Positions 59,954 through 64,000 of a stretch of 64,000 bases of DNA are shown one piece after another; position 1 is the stretch's first letter; each line of letters starts with the position of its first letter. Source of the stretch: a bacterium (GTDB taxonomy: Bacteria > Zhuqueibacterota > Zhuqueibacteria > Zhuqueibacterales > Zhuqueibacteraceae); contig JBIOXB010000075.1 of assembly GCA_044869275.1 (NCBI GenBank), positions 1-64,000 of the forward strand, written 5' to 3'. A program made the translations under genes and the position numbers. The notes under the pieces are model-generated. The model worked only from the letters and a program-made list of their open reading frames with translations, searched no databases and was not told the DNA's origin.

Positions 59954-62326
59954 TCAAGCATGGGCGGAGGCTTCGTCGCCGATTTCATCGTCTGCTTCCC
60001 AATCGCGACCGGAGGGCGAACCCTGAAGATCGCGCTTCTCTTTTTGCGCCTCATTTTTTTGATCGACGGGATAAGGAACGCGGCCGTGGAAAATGCCGGC
60101 AATCGTGCGCTCGAAACTGAGCTTGATCTGATTGAGATCGCGCAAGGTCAGCGGGCATTCGTCGAGCTGGCCGGAAGTGAAGCGGTCTGCCACGATCTGA
60201 TTGATGATGTTGCGAATGCGGCTTACGGAGGGATCGCGAAACGCGCGGGTCGTGGCTTCCACGGCATCGGCGAGCATGACGATGCCGGTTTCTTTGGTCT
60301 GCGGTTTGGGACCGGGATAATGAAAATTCGAATCATCCTCGTCCACGTCGTCGCCACGTTCCTTGGCTTTGTTGTAAAAGAAGGCGACCAGATTCGTGCC
60401 GTGATGCTGCGTGATGAAATCGCGCAATTCCTTCGGCAAGCCGTTGCTGTCGGCGATTTCCACGCCGCGCTTAACGTGATTGATGATGACCAGGCAGCTC
60501 ATGCTGGGCGCGAGCTTTTCATGAGGATTTCTGCCGCCTTTTTGATTTTCGACGAAATATTCCGGTTTTTCGATTTTGCCAATATCATGGTAGTATGAGC
60601 CCACGCGCGCAAGCAGGGAGTTCGCGCCAATGGCTTCTGCCGCCGCCTCAGCCAGCGTACCCACGAGAATGCTGTGATAGTATGTTCCCGGGGTGCGCAA
60701 GGCCAGTTCGCGCAGCAAGGGCCGATTTAAATCGGAAAGCTCCAGCAGCGTCGCGTCGGTGGTGACGTCGAACAAATACTCCAGAATCACCATGACGCCA
60801 TAGGTTAAGATCGGGCAGATCAGCGCATTGAGCAGGCCGAAGGCGAGGTTCTCGAGCACGCGCGACCACGGTGAATAATGTAAGGCGGCAAGAGCCAGCA
60901 CGCTGAGGACATAGGCAACGGCGAGATAGAGCGTCGCCTTCAACATCCAGGTGCGTGCACGCACGCGGCGTACCGCCAAAATGCCTGCGATCCCGACGAT
61001 AATGCTGGTAAGGACCACGGCAAATTCGTGGCCGCGCAGGCTCGCCAGCATCAGTCCCAAACTGACCGCGCCCACGAAACCCACGTGCGCGTCAAAAAAA
61101 ACCGTCAGCAGCATCGGCGCCAGGGCGAGTGGAATCAAATATTCGGAAGCACCGAAACGCTCGACCAAGTTGGCCATGAACAAAACCAGAAACAGGGTCA
61201 GCGCGATCAGTATCAGGCGGGAGAGCCGATAATAGAAATGGTCACGGCGGTAAAACAGATACACGCCCATCACGCCGAGCGACAAAACGACCAGCAATGC
61301 CCGGCCCGCTTCGGGAATGATCAAAACCCACACGCCCTCGGATTTCTTGAGCTCCGCCTTTGCCGCTTGCAGGGAGGCCAGTTTTTGCAGATGCTCCCGG
61401 GTGATTTTTTCGTGGCTGGTAATAATGCGCTCGTTTTGCAGCACCGTGCCCCGCGCCAGCGGTACGCGCGCCACCGCTTCCGCGATGCGCGCATTCGTCT
61501 CTTCCAGCTCATGAGAAAGATTGGGCTGCAAAAAGGCGGTGAGAATTTGATATCCCAGCGTGACGGCGGATTCATTCGAGTCCTCTATTTCACGCAGCTT
61601 CTGCAACATCACTTGGTTGATCGAGGCGAGGTTATGGAGATTGTCCAAGGGCTCGACCATTTCGTCCGCACCTGCGCGCAGCGCAATCTTTTGTGCATAT
61701 GCCGGCAGCGCCGAGCGCTCAACATTGAGCAAGCCAATGGAATAGACATCGCGCGCCAGGCGCAACAGCTCATGGCCATAGTCTGCAAAACTCACCACGC
61801 CGGTGGTCGCAGGCCCGCTGTGGCCCTTGAATCCATGCAATAGGAACGTAACGCCGTCCGGTGAAATCACAGTCCTGTGGGAGGCAAAAAGCTCTTGGAG
61901 CGCGCGCCCTCGCAGCGAATCCGGTGCCAGCGCGTCCAGAATGCGTGCGATGGCGTCCAAAAAACCTTGCAGCGCCACAAGCTGCTGCGCCGCGACGCTG
62001 TCGCGGCGCATGAAAACGGGATAAACCGTCTCGCGCACCAGTTGCACGTCGCGCTGATATTCTTCCGGGGATTTATTGACGGAAAAGGTAAAGGGAGCGA
62101 TGAGTTGCTCGCCGAGGTAGATGTCTCCTTCGCGCAGATCAGAAAACCGCAGGGCTTGTTGGCGCGGAAAGAACAACAGCGCACAGGCCACGAAGAGCGC
62201 AGCGATGACAAACTGCCAGCGATGCTCGCGCCAGCGCCATTTGTGCAGGCGCAATTTGCCGAAAGAACGCAACCCGGCTTGAAACCGCGGGCTCAAGCTT
62301 TTCGCGAAAGAGTTTTTGCTGTTCAT
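59954..62326 (-). CDS. 7TM-HD phosphohydrolase (PgpH-like)
   Basis: 7TMR-HDED extracellular region, TM bundle, PGTY.HS, YHDIGK, HHGT, YPGPKP, LADAVEA. Confidence 0.88.
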   Translation of the reverse strand: MNSKNSFAKSLSPRFQAGLRSFGKLRLHKWRWREHRWQFVIAALFVACALLFFPRQQALRFSDLREGDIYLGEQLIAPFTFSVNKSPEEYQRDVQLVRETVYPVFMRRDSVAAQQLVALQGFLDAIARILDALAPDSLRGRALQELFASHRTVISPDGVTFLLHGFKGHSGPATTGVVSFADYGHELLRLARDVYSIGLLNVERSALPAYAQKIALRAGADEMVEPLDNLHNLASINQVMLQKLREIEDSNESAVTLGYQILTAFLQPNLSHELEETNARIAEAVARVPLARGTVLQNERIITSHEKITREHLQKLASLQAAKAELKKSEGVWVLIIPEAGRALLVVLSLGVMGVYLFYRRDHFYYRLSRLILIALTLFLVLFMANLVERFGASEYLIPLALAPMLLTVFFDAHVGFVGAVSLGLMLASLRGHEFAVVLTSIIVGIAGILAVRRVRARTWMLKATLYLAVAYVLSVLALAALHYSPWSRVLENLAFGLLNALICPILTYGVMVILEYLFDVTTDATLLELSDLNRPLLRELALRTPGTYYHSILVGTLAEAAAEAIGANSLLARVGSYYHDIGKIEKPEYFVENQKGGRNPHEKLAPSMSCLVIINHVKRGVEIADSNGLPKELRDFITQHHGTNLVAFFYNKAKERGDDVDEDDSNFHYPGPKPQTKETGIVMLADAVEATTRAFRDPSVSRIRNIINQIVADRFTSGQLDECPLTLRDLNQIKLSFERTIAGIFHGRVPYPVDQKNEAQKEKRDLQGSPSGRDWEADDEIGDEASAHA

Positions 62327-63285
62327 CGCTGGTGCATGTCGTATGCTTTGATGATTTCCCGCACCAACTTGTGGCGGACCACGTCGCGATCATCGAGATA
62401 CACAAAGCTGAGGCCTTCGATGCCCACCAGGATCTCGCGAATCTGCACCAGGCCCGATTCCGCCGTGCTCGGCAGATCGACCTGGGTGATGTCGCCGGTG
62501 ATGATCGCTTTGGAATTGACACCCAAACGGGTGAGAAACATCTTCATCTGCGCCGGCGTGGTGTTTTGTGCCTCGTCGAGAATCACGAAAGCGTTGTTGA
62601 GAGTACGGCCGCGCATGTAAGCCAGCGGCACGATTTCGATGATTTGCGTTTCGAGATAACGCTTGAGTTTTTCCGCCGGAATCATGTCGTTGAGCGCGTC
62701 GTACAGCGGGCGCAGGTAGGGGTCGACTTTTTCTTTGAAATCACCGGGCAGGAAGCCCAGGCTTTCGCCCGCTTCCACCGCCGGCCGGGTGAGTACGATG
62801 CGATCCATTTGGCGATCGCGCAAATGTGCCACGGCAATCGCCACCGCGAGATAGGTTTTGCCCGTTCCCGCCGGGCCTATGGCAAACACGATATCGTTCT
62901 TTTGCGCGGCTTGATAGAACTCCATCTGGCCGGCAGATTTGGGCTTGATGGCAGCGTGCTTGGTATAAACGATTGCTGGCCGCTCATTGAGATGATTATT
63001 GCCGGCGGGCGCGTCGCCGCGTTTGACCACGGCGATCACCGTTTCAACATCGGCCTCGCGCAACTCGCCGTTGCGGTTCAACATCAAGATCAGTTCCGTG
63101 AAAATGCGCTCCAGGCTTTTGACCTCACTTTCGCTGCCGCGCAGGATGATCTCGTTGCCGCGCGCGACGATGAGCGCTTGGAATTGTTTGGCAATTTCGT
63201 GAAGATGGCAGTCCCCCTGGCCCAGCAGTTGCAGAGTGTCGACTCCCCGCAGGCTGATTTTATGCTCTAAGACCGTTTGCTCCAA
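62323..63285 (-). CDS. phoH: PhoH-family ATPase
   Basis: GPAGTGKT, RPAVEAGE.LGFLPG, RGRTL, DEAQN, GD..Q.DL. Confidence 0.95.
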   Translation of the reverse strand: MEQTVLEHKISLRGVDTLQLLGQGDCHLHEIAKQFQALIVARGNEIILRGSESEVKSLERIFTELILMLNRNGELREADVETVIAVVKRGDAPAGNNHLNERPAIVYTKHAAIKPKSAGQMEFYQAAQKNDIVFAIGPAGTGKTYLAVAIAVAHLRDRQMDRIVLTRPAVEAGESLGFLPGDFKEKVDPYLRPLYDALNDMIPAEKLKRYLETQIIEIVPLAYMRGRTLNNAFVILDEAQNTTPAQMKMFLTRLGVNSKAIITGDITQVDLPSTAESGLVQIREILVGIEGLSFVYLDDRDVVRHKLVREIIKAYDMHQR

Positions 63286-63337
63286 ACGTGCAACCTCTTC
63301 AGGGTTTTATTCCTGAACCGAAAAATTTAACTGGCCC

Positions 63338-63390
63338 AAAAAAACAAAAGCAGGCTACGAGTAGGGCGTTGCCACACTCGCAGCCTGCTT
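63338..63390 (-). terminator. Rho-independent terminator after the LysM gene
   Basis: AAGCAGGCT..GAGT / ACTC..AGCCTGCTT stem followed by a T-rich tract on the minus strand. Confidence 0.7.
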
Positions 63391-63414
63391 CTTCAACTTT
63401 TGACAAAAGCAAGG

Positions 63415-63999
63415 TTAGCGCGGAATGCGCAAAACCGTATGCGGATAAAGCTGGTTCGGATTGTCGCCGACAATATCCTTGTTGGCCTCATAGATTTTCC
63501 GCCACATGGCCGGATCGCCGGCGCCCATGGCATTGGCAATCTTGCGGAAAGAATCGCCCCGGGCCACGAGATATTCATCCGGTCCGACCTCGCGTTGAAC
63601 TTTGAAAGTCTGATTCGGGTAGATCAGATCCGGATCTTTGATTTGGTCGCGATTATAAGAATACAGGCGCATCCACTGATACGGATCGGCATAGATGTCT
63701 TTTTTGCCAGAAATCCTCCACAAATAATCGCCTTTTTCGACGTTGTATTCTGAGTATACCGCCGCCGGCATGCGTCCGCGCAATTGCGTGATCTTGCCTT
63801 CGACCACGGCGATTGCATCTTGCATCTCGGTCAGGGTGGCGATTTTGCTTTTCTTCATTTCATCGAGGCGCGCTTGCAGCGCGTCAATCTCCGCCCGGCG
63901 CTTGAACAACTCTTCGGGTGACAACGCCATCATACCGTCAACTTCGGATTCGAGAGCCTTGAGCTGGCTGCGATACGCATCGACTCCCGCGCGGTCCGT
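63415..63999 (-). CDS. Coiled-coil protein with two LysM domains, 5'-truncated by the window edge
   Basis: Y.V.KGD.LW.IS...IYP.Q and Y.V.RGDS...IA...LYP...LRIP; frame open to the window end. Confidence 0.88.
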   Translation of the reverse strand, partial: TDRAGVDAYRSQLKALESEVDGMMALSPEELFKRRAEIDALQARLDEMKKSKIATLTEMQDAIAVVEGKITQLRGRMPAAVYSEYNVEKGDYLWRISGKKDIYADPYQWMRLYSYNRDQIKDPDLIYPNQTFKVQREVGPDEYLVARGDSFRKIANAMGAGDPAMWRKIYEANKDIVGDNPNQLYPHTVLRIPR

Positions 64000-64000
64000 G

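Overview
GC-rich bacterial chromosomal window. It is probably from an FCB-group lineage such as candidate division KSB1; this is inferred from GWxTD and FlgD-Ig-tailed proteins and is not proven. In order it carries: a partial DmpA peptidase and a urate/allantoin catabolism operon (allB, alc, uraD, a CitE/HpcH-like lyase, uraH, pucL); envelope and housekeeping genes; an operon with a giant cadherin-like secreted protein, a TPR receptor-like Ser/Thr kinase and an FHA-PP2C phosphatase; a Yip1-TolC-ABC unit behind an ECF-type promoter; cca, ppdK, ctpA, tmk, MATE, ino1, a CDP-alcohol phosphotransferase, rsmI and an aldehyde dehydrogenase; and at the right end a TolB-like protein, a galT-like gene, ybeY, a 7TM-HD protein, phoH and a LysM protein. 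The standout is 43.6-56.9 kb. Three micro-ORFs of 18-20 aa, too short for the ORF track, share the leader MKVKTN(I/V)KAG but have different cores. Each has its own Shine-Dalgarno site, an identically spaced upstream motif T(A/G)TGGAATTT-N10-TGCATC, and a 3' hairpin. Downstream lie an inactive-C39/VKOR/thioredoxin fusion, HlyD and a two-gene C39-peptidase ABC exporter. Divergently transcribed are an ECF sigma factor, a zinc-finger/TPR anti-sigma and a lipoprotein TPR-CHAT caspase-like protease. I infer a peptide-signal, CHAT-protease, anti-sigma, ECF-sigma feedback circuit. No database search was possible, so novelty is unverified.
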